From assembly GCF_004010195.1 (NCBI RefSeq), contig NC_057718.1, positions 40,130,101 to 40,194,100 of the forward strand: 64,000 nt of DNA, written 5' to 3'. The notes under the pieces were generated by a model. That model was not told where the DNA came from and did not search any database. It worked only from the letters and a program-made list of their open reading frames with translations. The first letter of the stretch is position 1. Each line of letters starts with the position of its first letter. Source of the DNA: Chiloscyllium plagiosum. Taxonomy: Eukaryota. Position numbers and translations under genes: made by a program. Positions 39,232 to 51,559 of this stretch are shown here, piece by piece.

Positions 39232-39479
39232 CTACATCCAGGATAAAAAGGGAAATCATTAAATAAAATATTCTCAAAACATGTTCATTCACAATTATGA
39301 AAAAAAAATTGTAATTTAGAAATGACTTTCTGTGATTAAACAAATTCAAAATGGATGTCTTTTTTCCCTTCACTAATAATCAAAACACTATATTTTCAGA
39401 ATTCACTTCACAGCTTTTTTTGCCCATTTCTTTGAACAAAATGAACTTGTATAGAAAAATCATCCTAATGCACTTAAGT

Positions 39480-40020
39480 ACAGATTTGGAAAACCAATTT
39501 AAGACTTGCCAAACAATGCATTTTTAAGAAGGGTCTTAGAACAAGAAAATGAGGTAAAAGTGGAGAGAATTTGAGAATGTAGAATTTAATGACTGAAGAC
39601 ACGGTTGGTTATAGCAGGACAAAAGAGCTCGAATTACAGAAAGGCCAGAGTTGAGGCAACGCAAATATCTGATGGGGGAAATGGTTACAAAGAAAGAAAC
39701 ATAGTCATTAAATGATTTAAACAGAAGAATAAGATTTTTAAATTTGGGAGACTGGAAAATAGTATGGGGTAGGATACACATCAATTTTTGTATGAGCTGA
39801 GGTTTATCGAGTGAGGCCAGTCAAAACAGCATCAGATTAAACATTTCTAGGAGTAGCAAAGGCAATAAATGAGGATATCAACAGACAGCTTGAGCTACAG
39901 ATGCAAATGCATTATACCACCAGAGTTGAAAGTGCTCAGTCTTTTATGATGGAAAAGAGTATAGGCTCTGAAGCTCAGTTCAGTATTGGAACAGAACACC
40001 AGAGTGGTTTACAATCTAAA
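39480..40020 (-). mobile_element. Old L2-like LINE 3' remnant (similar remnant at about 62920-63950)
   Basis: Purine-rich L2-type antisense tail (gagagaatttgagaatgtag...gatttaaacagaagaataagatttttaaatttg). Confidence 0.5.
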
Positions 40021-40061
40021 GAAAACACTGCAGCTGAACTCTAAAAGTAAAATTATTGTTG

Positions 40062-40260
40062 TGTTACTGGACCATTAGGCTGCTGTGACATTAGAGAAAG
40101 ACAACTGATAGTGGTCTAACCCTAGTATCACCACGACTCAGGAGAGGGGAGATGTTGGGAAGGAGGGTCCTTCATGGCAACCTCAGTCAGTGCAGGAATT
40201 AAACCCATGCTGTTGGCTTCCATCTGCATCACAAACAAGCCATCCAACCTAATGCTAACT
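40062..40260 (-). mobile_element. Short tRNA-derived SINE
   Basis: Minus-strand head agttagcattaggttggatggcttg...gggtttaattcc (A/B-box-like) followed by a short body. Confidence 0.5.
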
Positions 40261-43200
40261 TGGGAGGAGAGCATTTTGAAAACTTCCTCTTATTAATACC
40301 TCCTGCTGAGTATTTAGTTTTCAATGTAAAAATTATATCCCTCCCCTTCAGAGGTCTACCTCTGCCTTATGATAACATTGACCAAAATCAAGGGCAAGAA
40401 ACCCCAATGCCACTGTTCAATCACTGGCACACTCCATCTGACTGCTAGGTGGTGTTCAAGAGTTGCCTAGGGTTGATTCTCTCTCCCATTATTCATTCCA
40501 CCCCATGAATGATGTTCTAGGCCACATATAATTTTCTATGTTTTAAACTGCCAATTAAAGTACACATCATTGTTTAACACTTCTCTTCAATGCAAGGCTG
40601 ACAAAATTCAATATTTGGATGAGCATTACTAAATGACTTCAATTTTGAATAGATGTTTTATATCAGATAAGCTACACGCATTGATATTTAATACAATGAC
40701 TCACTAAGAATTTCTCAAACTGAAGTATCTCTAAGCACATGTTAAAACAGAAGTCATTACCTAAATCACTGTTTAGAATCTTAAAATAATAGGGATCAGG
40801 GAGAGGGAGCTCAAGAAAAAGATAGATCCTACTTTAAGCAAAAAGTGTTGAGGTTCAACTGCAATGTGTGCTTATATTATACTTTTAATTTTTGGAAACA
40901 TTGCAAGTAACTTTACAAATGTAATAATGAAATAAATAGGAAACCAGAGAGAGATGGAGAGATATTAAACATTTTGACAATTTCTGAACTTTCAAAAGTT
41001 TTGGAAAGGCAAAACATGTTTAAGGAGGTTTTTTTCCAGGCAACAAATTGAGGTAGTTTAACTGTCCATCACCAACAACTGTAGTATAACATGTTTAGAA
41101 AAATCAGAGGGAAAGAAATCTAATGGTTCAGAAAGGATAGAGTTATGAATGAGATTGCAGAAAAGGGTTGCAAGGCTAAGGTTTGACATGCAGATGAGGA
41201 ATCTGAATTCAATGCAGTGAAGAACAGAGGGCTAGTATTGATCAGCAAGGGCATCGAGGAGATTGGTGAAATGGAGCTTTATTCAAATTAGAATGTATGT
41301 GGCACAAACAGTTTAGATATGAAAGTTCAACAAGGAGATCATTATTCTGAGGCTTGAGGTCACATTCCATAAACCTCTCAGCAAGAAGCACAGGCATACT
41401 GGTAAGAGGTGTCTGCAATGCCAAGATCTCTGTGAAGTCTGAATATCTATTAGTTGAGTTCAAAATTTTGATCTGGTCAAGATTAAACAAATCTATCTTG
41501 CAGTAAAATATATATATTAAACCTGTCAAATGATAAATAGGAAAGGGAAGACAAATGGTTAAGAAAGTAATTTGGACAACTCTCAAAAATTAGTGATACT
41601 GGCCACATCACTAATTACATTATGAATCAATTATTTAAGAGATTGCACAATAATTTTCTTCATACACAAGATCTGTGATGCTCCAAACTGAACACAATGA
41701 TCTGAAAAAGCAATCTTAATCACTATGAATGTTAATATCTCAAAATGGCAGACCACTTTTCAGTTTACAGACATTGACTTCAAATGAATTATTTTTGAAC
41801 AGGTTTCATCTAAGCCATGGCATTTCAATTGTTGAGAAGTGTTGAAGAGGATAAAAGAACGCGGTCTCACGGGGCATAGTACTTTACCGAGATAAAATTC
41901 TCTTCCAAAGTCTACAAGTTTAGGGGGCCATATAAATAAATATATTCCACATTCCTGAAAATGCCATTACAAAAGATAGCATGATAAGGATATATTTACT
42001 TTAGTAAGCAAACTGTAAAATAAAACTAATAAAATATTATAGCACTAACCTTTAGAATTATATCAGTAATTCGATTTATACCCTCCTCCTATCAGTTTTT
42101 AAAACTGAATCGGGTTAGAAAGCAATTATGCCAAAGTTAAATCTGTTGATTCAAGAAATCTAATCACTGGATAAAATGTCATTTTCTCATGTCCTCAAAA
42201 ATGGCCTGGTTAGACTATAAAGTATTGTGTTCAGTCTTGGCATCATAACTTTGGGAGGATATACTGATCTGAAGGGAAAAGAGTGTAGATTTACCTGAAT
42301 GATACCTGGGACTTTAAGGGTTATTATATCATCAACATTACAAACCAGCGCTGTATTTCCTGGAATTTAGTTGGTGATGTTGTAATTTAATTGAAGTTTA
42401 CAAGACAGTAGAAGGAAACAATAGGCTGAATAAGGAGAAAGTCTATCTCCTGTTGGGGATCTCGGGCTAAGGTTAGAATGCTTTTTAAAAAAAAAGCCAG
42501 ATCTTCCAGGAGCAAAACTGGTAACACTTTTAGATGGAAATATTGGTGAAGCCTGTAATGGTCTTTTGCAGAAAAGGTTTGTTTCCAGATCAATTCTTTA
42601 AATTTTAATTGTAAGATTGATACATGTTTGCTCATCGGAAGGTATTGAAGGATACCAAGAATATAGTTAGATCGCAGATTAGTTATTGAATGGTGAACCT
42701 GTGTTTCTGAAATAAGATGTTATGCCACAGTGACATAATATTAAAAAATTGTAAACATTTGGTAAGAAAGGGCTCAAAGACTATTGAAAAGCCACATTTT
42801 AATGTGAATTCTACAAAATAATTTACAACAAGATGTAGAGAGTAATAAAATCAACCTTTGCCTTACGCTTGCCCTTTGACGAGCAAATAAAAGAGTTAAG
42901 ATATGCTAGTCTAAAAGCTAAGCTGACCTGATCTGTTAAATATTATCAAATATGATAGTGTTGAAAGAGGTTATTGCATCTTGAAACTCAACTGCCAAGT
43001 CTGATTTTCTACCAACCCTATATTAAGCCATTTATCTTCAAGTCATTAATCCATTTTCTGTTGAAGTTCACATTCTTTACAATAATTTTTTTTCAAAAAG
43101 ATAGGACCCATTTTTCTTTCAAATTAATATTCATAGTAGTAGAAGTCCAGTAATGCTGAAAAGTTGAACAATATAACATAATAATTAAAATCATGGAAAC

Positions 43201-43319
43201 TACAATCTGTTACTGAAGTGGAGCAGTGGTAAACTGGGATTTTTCTATGTTATGTACCAAGGTTATTTGCTTTAAAACACTCTCTAAATCAAGTTGTGTC
43301 TGAAGGAAGATTTTTCTTA

Positions 43320-43625
43320 AATGTAAATCTATCCTTAGGTTTCCTAAAGCACTTTATAACCAATGGATTTATCCTATAGGGAAGTCAGTGTTGCTTTGGT
43401 GGGAAATAAGGAAACAGAATTGCATAGAGAAAGGTTTCACAGTTGGCTGAATGACCAGAATCATTTGGACGAGGATTTAATGTCAGCCAGAACAATAGGA
43501 GAACTCCCTGTTTTTGAAATAATGATAATGAGATTTTCTATCTTCACCAGAGGAGACTGCAAGGCCTTTGATTCAGTACATTATCCAAATAAGAATACCC
43601 CCACAACACAGCATTCAGTCATTTC
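43320..43625 (-). mobile_element. Degenerate SacSINE1-like Deu-SINE (another 3' part at about 46810-47025, +)
   Basis: cctaaagcacttta..ccaatg...aatgaccagaatca...ggagaactccctgtttttgaaataatg. Confidence 0.6.
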
Positions 43626-44299
43626 TGCAACAAAATTACAGAAGTACACCAATTTTTTTTAGGTATGAGGAGACTTTCTAATCTAATCTTTTACACAGCT
43701 GAAAGGGGTAGATTGAGAACAGAGCAAAATTTGACATCCATGAGGATTGAAGCACAATCTTAAACCTCATGGGCTAGCACATCCCTTAATTTACAACACC
43801 ATGAAACTACAACAACACTTGTTCAGTGAGGAATGTAGGATAGCATGCCAGAAGCTATCCCAAGCAGAACTACAAATAAGATTTCAACTTGGTGATGCTC
43901 CAACGCAGGTCTACATACTCGCTAAACAGTTGTAGCATTCTACTATAGACCGAGCTAAGAAGCCACAGATTAAAGCTCTGTGGTCTTGGCATATCTCGAT
44001 GTGAATGATGAACAATTAGACAACTAACCAGAGCAGCATGCTCCATAAACACCCCATCCTAAATGATGGTGACTCTACTGTAACTGTCTAAAAGACAAGG
44101 TTAAAATATGTGTGTTCATCTTAACTAGAAGTGCAGAGTGAATCAGCCATCCTGGCTTCCTGTTGAGGTCACAATCACCATTGATTCCAGACTGCTGACA
44201 ATTCAATTCGTTCCATGTGATATCAAGAAGTGGCTGACCACATAATGCAGCAGTGGATATGGGCTTTGACATTAATGAAATGTCAATTGCTCATAGGTT

Positions 44300-44915
44300 G
44301 TGCGCCCTTATTTCAGAGGGGCTGGAGTACAAGAATAGGGAAGTCTTTCTGTACAAGGTTAAAAATCTCAGAACACCAGGTTATAGTCCAACAGGTTTAT
44401 TTAGAAGCACTAGCTTTCGGAGCGTTGCTTCTTCATCAGGTAGTTGTGGAGAATAAGATTGTAAGACACAGAATTTAGAGCAAAAGTTTACAGTGTGATG
44501 TAACTAAATTTATATATTGAAAAAGACACGGATTGTTTGTTAAGTGTCTCCCATGTTGGTTTCAGTTTCTGTACAAGGTGCTAATTAGACCACATCTGGA
44601 GTACTGACAGCAGTTCTGGTCCCCTTATTAAAGGAAAGATATTTCATTGGAGGCAGTTCAGAGAAGGTTCACTAGGATGATCACTGGTATGGAGGGATTG
44701 TTTTATGAGCAGAGGGAAAACAGCTTGGAACTGTACTCATTGGAATTCAGAACAGGTGATCTCATTGAAACATATAGGATTCTTAAGAGGCTTGACAGGG
44801 TGAATGCTGAGAGAAAACATCTGGCAAGTCTAAGACCAGAAGTACAGCCTCAGAATAAAGGGACAACTATCTAAGACTGAGATAAGGAGGAATTTCTTTT
44901 CTTGGAGGGTTGAGG
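44300..44915 (+). mobile_element. CR1 3' ORF fragment interrupted by a hammerhead-family-3 element
   Basis: GLEYKNREVFLYKV|LIRPHLEY...LEAVQRRFTRMI. Confidence 0.85.
44360..44565 (-). mobile_element. Penelope-derived terminal fragment (hammerhead family 3) with 14-bp TSD
   Basis: TSD tttctgtacaaggt at 44346-44359 and 44566-44579; minus core tac-CTGATGA-A-GAAGC aac GCTCC-GAAA-GCTA-gtg at 44411-44439. Confidence 0.85.
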
Positions 44916-47777
44916 CTGTCTTTTCAAAAACTCTCCCTTAACATAGTCACAGGTGGGAATCGTCATTAAAGATTGCAGAGTGTTCAATTCCACTTGTGAC
45001 TCCACTGACAGTGAAGCGGTCAGTGTCCATCTACAGAAAAACCTGGACAATGTTTAGGCTTAGACTGATGTGGAAAATTAAATTTATGACTTCATACGCG
45101 AAACAGCGACCATTTCTAACAGAAGAGAATGAAAGCATCACCATTTTTAGATTCAAAAGCATTACTGTAGCTGAATCTCCCACCATCAGCACCCAAAGGA
45201 GCACCATGGATCGGAAACACAACTGGACAACAACATAAATACAAGATAAAGGCAGAAGTTGAAACTTCTCACCTCCTGACTTCCTAAACCCTGTCCACCA
45301 TCTGCAAGGTATACATATGGGGGTGGGGGGTGTTGGAACACTCCCCACATGCCTGGATGAGCATATTTCCAAACATAAACTCAAGAAGTCTGAAACATTC
45401 AAGACAAAACAGCCTGTTTGATCGACATACCATCCATCACCTCCACTATTCACTGCGTCTGCTGCAATATACAAGAGCAGCAGTGTGTCCCATCTAACAA
45501 ATGCAATGCATCAACTCATCAAGACTTACTGACCAGCATCTTCCAACTTGGTACCTCTACAACCTCGAAGGACATGGACAACATATGCACAAGAACTCCA
45601 CAACTTGCAAGCTCCCCTCCAATCAGTCATTATCCTTAGAACCATCTTGCTGCTCCTTTAGTGCTGCAAGGTTCAAATCTGGAAGATCTTCCCTCGCAAC
45701 TGATGGGTCATTAAAAATGGACAATATATGCTGGCCTCGCCATGACAGTCATATCTAATTAATGTATATTAAAAAAATTATACATTTTATCATAATATTT
45801 AATGTGTGCATTTATTTTGCTCTATCCATCCAAATAATTTAGTTTTAAAAGCATGATTTTTTTTAAAAATGCACCTGCAAGATGATTTTGCATGTCAAAA
45901 TGTCTCAAAGCATTTCGGAGGAGAACTGGATATCAACCAAGTTCCAGGAGCACAGGTAGGTTTTAAGGCAACATTTGAAGGAGAAGAAATGGGACCCTGG
46001 ATAGAAGATTTAAGGATATTTTATGATTGTTATTTTTATCTCAAAAACTTCACACCTTTTCATACAAATAAAACCCTGTGGTTAACTATATTGCACCACT
46101 CCCAACAATCCATTCGCTTTTCAACATTTTTCATGTGATGAATATGGAGGAATGATAATGTTGATAGAATCCAAAATCTGGAGGACAAAATAAACTCCCC
46201 AATAATGAAATGCTTCTTCTATCTTGTGAAATGAGCAGGTATCCATTCGAGCAATGTTGACTGCTAAAAAAAAACTGTCATTGGATCAGATGAACATGAA
46301 AATTTCAATTATTAGGTAGAACTCTTTAAAAAGTACCGACTTACTCAGTCTATGTAGAACCATTTAAACACAAGGGCTACATTGACTCCATACAATGCAA
46401 AGAGTAGCATCAGCCTGAAAACAGTATTGAGACATTTACTGCTACATTTAAAGCAACATATATCTTTCCCAATCTACACAGATCTGAATATTCTTTTGAT
46501 CTTGACTGAAAAGCAGTAATATTTTGTACCACATCTTATGTTCTTAATTTGGGAATGAGAACCACATCTTAAATGCCCTAGTGAATAAGTTTAGCACAGA
46601 ATGACTATAGTTAAGATACAAATCTATTTTACAGCAGGACCTAGGCATTCCACATTCCAATCCCAAGTTTAGATGCTAAGACAGACAGGATGTTCTAGCT
46701 TAGCAGGCGGCTCTCCAACAAGTTAAAGACATAGCATGAGAGATAATTGCATGGACGTTATGAAGGATGTTCAGAACAGGCGGGTAAACATTGTGAGATT
46801 AAAAAAAAAGCTGTTGATGTGACATCTCCAAGAATGTTGCCAAAATTACTATTCCTTAAACAGTATCAAATAAAAAATAATCTGGTCATTCACCTTATTG
46901 TCATTCATAATCCTTTGGTGTATGTAAAACTGCAGTTGCATTTATTGCACACCCACTGTGTTTTTAAAGTAATTAGTACATCAAGCATTTGGAGATGTTA
47001 TATAAATACAAGATGCTGCTTTCTAACTGCTTATACCGATGAATAGTGTAATCATTCAATCATTTATTAGGAATAAACACTGACTGAAATATTTTTACAT
47101 TTTTATTTTACCTGAAAATAAAAATTATTTTATTGGCTTTAAGATTAATTTCTTTCACTTTCATTTAAGTGTTAGTCCATTCACCTTCTACTAAGGTGCA
47201 CTCCCATCCACTAGTACTCTCAAACACCCAACCAGTAATACCTGCACTGAATTCCAAGTAACCAAATGGTTAGACATGTTCAAATGTTTTTACAGAATGT
47301 CATAAACCAATACAAAGCTTGCAAAAAGGTATCAATTCTGCAACAAACAGCAAATAAATTCACCTTTGAAATTTTATTGTGTTAACGCTTAACATGTCAA
47401 TATTTAGTTGCTAAGTGATTCAGTCAGTCAATATAAAAAATGCCCAGCAATAAATGAATTACACATACTGTCTTTATAGATTTATGCCATACTATAAGAT
47501 TAAAGTTCACAATCTTTAAACTTTTTCATTTTTACATTGAAGTTTAGATCCTTTGTCTTCAGAGACATATTCGAACATATTTTGGAAATATTTGGTAGAT
47601 GAAGCAGCAACAGATTTAATGTTTTAGGTCAATGATTTTTCATTAGTTCAGAATCCTGATGAAAGTCATTAAACCAAATGATAATTCTGTTTCTCTTTCC
47701 ATCGTGTTACAACACAAATGGACAGTTGAACCAAATCAGCCTTTCTGCCTCCATTATGACAACACAGTAAAATTATA

Positions 47778-48072
47778 GGGTGGCATGGTAGTGCAGTAGT
47801 CAGTACTACTGCCTCACAGTGCCAGGGACCTGGGTTCAATTCCAACCTTGGGCGATTGGGAGAACTGCAAACTCCAGACAATGTCTACATGCTCTGATTT
47901 GCTCCCACAGTCCCAAGATGTGCAGCTTAGGTGGATTGGCTGTGCCAAATTTCCCATAGTGTGCAGGTTAGTTCGGTTAACTATAATAAATGTGGGGTTA
48001 GGGGGTAGGGTCAGATGCTCTTTGGAGGGTTAGACTTGATAGGCTGAATGGCCTCTATTTGCACTGCAGGCA
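47778..48072 (+). mobile_element. HE1-like SINE, diverged
   Basis: gggtggcatggtagtgcagtagtcag...gggttcaattcc...cccacagtcccaagatgtgcag. Confidence 0.85.
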
Positions 48073-48144
48073 TTCGAATTCAAAGACAATCAAAATTGAC
48101 CATAATGGTTTCAAACCAGTCTTTATGAATAATCAATCCCAGAC

Positions 48145-49015
48145 TGTGAGAATAATCAGTTCTTGACACTGGTTTGTATCTTAAACAAAAGACTTAGCAA
48201 TTTATTAACAAAACAATAGTAATAGTAGAGAAAGATTAAATAACAAAGTAATCTAACTGGTCTATGCTTTAAACCATATCCTTTATATTTTATGTTGTCA
48301 GGCCCACTCACACAAAAGACAGGCAAACAAACAGTTATGGGATAAATAAAAGAAAAATAACAAAACTGTCCAGATTATTGAAGCAATTTACACAGTGCAC
48401 TGTTCCACAGCCATAGGTGATGGTTTCTTGGTTGACTTTCTGAAGATGTCAATCAGGGTCACCTTTTCAGTTCACTCAGATAATAGTAGTAATACTTAGT
48501 TTTCTATTCTCTAAATTTGCAAGAGTTGATAATGGAGGTTGGTCAGGGGGCTTTTACATCTTCCTGCTATAACATCAACAGCCAAATTTCTTCTCACTGA
48601 AAACATTGTCCAAAACCAAATTCAAACTCTGACCACTCCCTGACAGACTGACCAATTCCTCCACAAGGAGTTACCATTCAATATCTGCCATCTGCTTGAA
48701 CACAAGGCTTTTCCCAGATTTGGCTCAAACCTATTCCCAGGTACTGTCCTCGTTAATAGCCAACTTCTGCAATCTGTTTAAACATAATGCTTGTATCCAG
48801 TGATGGAGCATCTATAAAACTTTTTGATCAGGAACCAACTGCAGTTAACTTCCTGGCCCAGCCTCATAAACAAACAAAATCTTGTTTGATCTGTTTTCCT
48901 TTTAACACGAGCTGTTACCCATAGTTCAAAATTCAAATTTAGCTCACAGTTTTGGCTCAAAACCAAAAGTGATTAACAAAAAATTAAAGAAATGAAAACA
49001 GTGTGGACTCTAACA
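48145..49015 (-). mobile_element. Possible solo LTR
   Basis: Minus strand begins TGTTAGAG and ends CTCACA, with AATAAA about 55 nt from the end; no clean TSD. Confidence 0.3.
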
Positions 49016-51559
49016 ACAGATACATCTTGACCTACTGAGTATTCATGGATTTTCTGTTCTAATTCAGATTTCCAACATTATCGGGGTACTACTTTTTGTG
49101 TCAAACACATTCTGGAAAGGGTTGATGACTTTCTCACTATGACCAAAATGTCTTTGTGGTGCTACAAGACTGGATAGTTATATCTGTCACAAAGTTACCT
49201 TAATTATATTTGATCTCAGGATGCAAATATTAGTAATGGAACTTGGACCTGGTATACAAAGATTCTGTTTTGGGAACAGGTGGAATTGTGCATAAGGAGA
49301 AGTAGCATGTCAACTGTAATGTTGTAAGCTTGCGTTCGCGTCATCTTATTGCAAAATGTTATTTTGGAGCTTTACAACACTAACCAAATTGGACAGCTAA
49401 CTCACAGCATGGTGTATTGCGACGTGGATTGTGTTGAACCCTGCAGAGAATGTTTTATGGACCACAGTCGTTCACAAAATGGAAAAGATTCTGATATAAG
49501 AAACCATAATCACATGCTGAGCTCCCTTGTAATTTCATTTGTGGAAAAAGTGTGATGCCCATGCAGACAGTACACATCATGTTGCAAGTAGACTACTGTT
49601 TCAGAGATGTCTGAAATCCTGCAAGTTCTACTGTGCCACTCATGTCATCGTTCATAATGCAGGAGTTAGCTGAGAGCTCAGCTATTTGTTCTTAATACCA
49701 ATTCCTGTACCACTGAAAACACTAGGAGATACCAAAATAATTTGCATGATTTGAATCACGTATGTAATATGTTTTAAAGATCTTCATGGATTGGCAGTTT
49801 TGGGTTGGCTTCCTTGCATTTCAATTCCTTCAGCATTTTTGTCTTCCACTACACATCAGGAGGTGGAATATTAAGCTGGACTGGGAGTATTATATGAGTT
49901 TTGATTAAAATGTACTACTAACTGTCCCCCCTTGACCCATTCAGCATAGAGTCCAAGAGTTTTGTGTGGCTGCTCTATGCCCACACAGAGGAACAGTATT
50001 CCGAAGCCTACAGAATAATACAGGAACGAGGCTAGAGTATGGAGAGTGTGTGCATGGGATTACTAGTTTCTGGATAAACGTTTAACAGTTTTGGTCCCTT
50101 ATCAAAGGACCGAGGTTGACAGATTTTTAATCAGTAAAGGAGTCCAGGGTTGTGGGGAAAAGGCAGGAAAGTGGAGTTCAGGATTATCAGATCAGCCATG
50201 AGCTCACTGAATGGCAGTGAGCCAATAGCCTATTTCTGTTCAAACATATTATGGTCTTACGGGAGATGGGTTTCCTCTTTTTCAGATGTTCGCAGTAAAC
50301 ATGAGGCTACAATCTAAGGAGACTCCAAGGCACTTGGGGTATGTCCAATCCTAATTAATTTACAACAACTAAAGACCTGCAGTTTACTATTAGCCACTCA
50401 GTTGCTGATGTGGGAAGTAGTGACTTTGGTCTTAGTTGAGACTGGATGGAGGTGCCAGCCATTAAAATATTGTGCCATCATTTATATATCCTGGGACAAA
50501 CTATTGCTAGGACCTTCAAAATTATTTTCCTGGGTAGCACGAGCCAAATCAAATGCACAGACAAATTTATTAGAGGTGGTGGGGGCATGTCACTCAAGGT
50601 TTGAAGAGAATTGGAGCTTTAAACAGTCTTAGAGAAGTCTATCACTTTGGGTCCTTGTTAAAGATTATTTGGTTTCCAAGTTAAAGCCAACGTTTTCAAT
50701 TGCTTTACCATTGAAGAGGATGAACTGCAGCTCGATATTGGAAAAGTCTGACAACTTTCAAGAGCAGATCATATCATCACAAAATGTCACATGCTGATGA
50801 ATGATCAATAAATGCAATACTTGCTTTGAGTATGCACTGATGGTCAGTATCAATGCTTATGTTAAATGCATAATGAGCACTCTTTTGGAACATACAGGAA
50901 TCTATTAACAATCTTAATCCATTTAACCTCCATGTGGTAGCAATGTACTGAGGACTTAATGTACTTGAACTTATGCAAGTTTCCTGTCAACACAAATGAC
51001 TAATTACAAGTGCAGTGAATATTCTACCAATATTGAATTGACTGTAAACTCAAGTAAGAGTCTAGGATATTTGCATCATACTGCCTCACTTCAATTTCAA
51101 CAATAGAATTTTGTCTCAACCAAGTTAGATTTGCAAAAAAAATAGAAAAAGGCATGCATGGTTTCAATGAGAACCATTCCACATTGCTTTACCTTAAAGG
51201 CTTACTCGTACTAAAGAGACTACAGTTAAAGCACTTGAATGAGTACATTGAATGCTAATATGCCTGGGTAATTTTATAGTGGTACTGGACTGATTATTTT
51301 CAGTGGAAAATAATTTCATTTTCATTCTCAAATTTCAAACAAAAATAAGTTTATTCAAGTCAACAGTCCAAACAGCCTATCAGATGATTCACCTAAATGA
51401 CTCTCAGAAGCTGTGGCTAAACTGCAAAGTGGCAGGAATAAAATTCCTTGTTCTAGTTTGGAGACAGTCCCTCTTTCGCCAGCGAAAGTAGCATTGTATG
51501 TATAACAGAGCTAAATATCCAAATGTGTCAGACAGTGTCAAATGCAAAAGTATCCATCC

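Noticed and set aside
44281..44299. tgtcaattgctcataggtt resembles the reverse complement of miR-192/215
   Set aside because: Contains an internal insertion, shows no precursor hairpin, lies at a junction of LINE remnants, and is on the wrong strand and intron for the expected cluster
49230..50820. Coding-like, CpG-containing stretch with small ORFs
   Set aside because: No recognisable protein or consistent splice sites; probably very old element debris that I cannot assign
50928..50937. ctccatgtgg matches the 3' half of miR-194
   Set aside because: No seed (GTAACAG) and no hairpin; the expected intron 12 is outside the window
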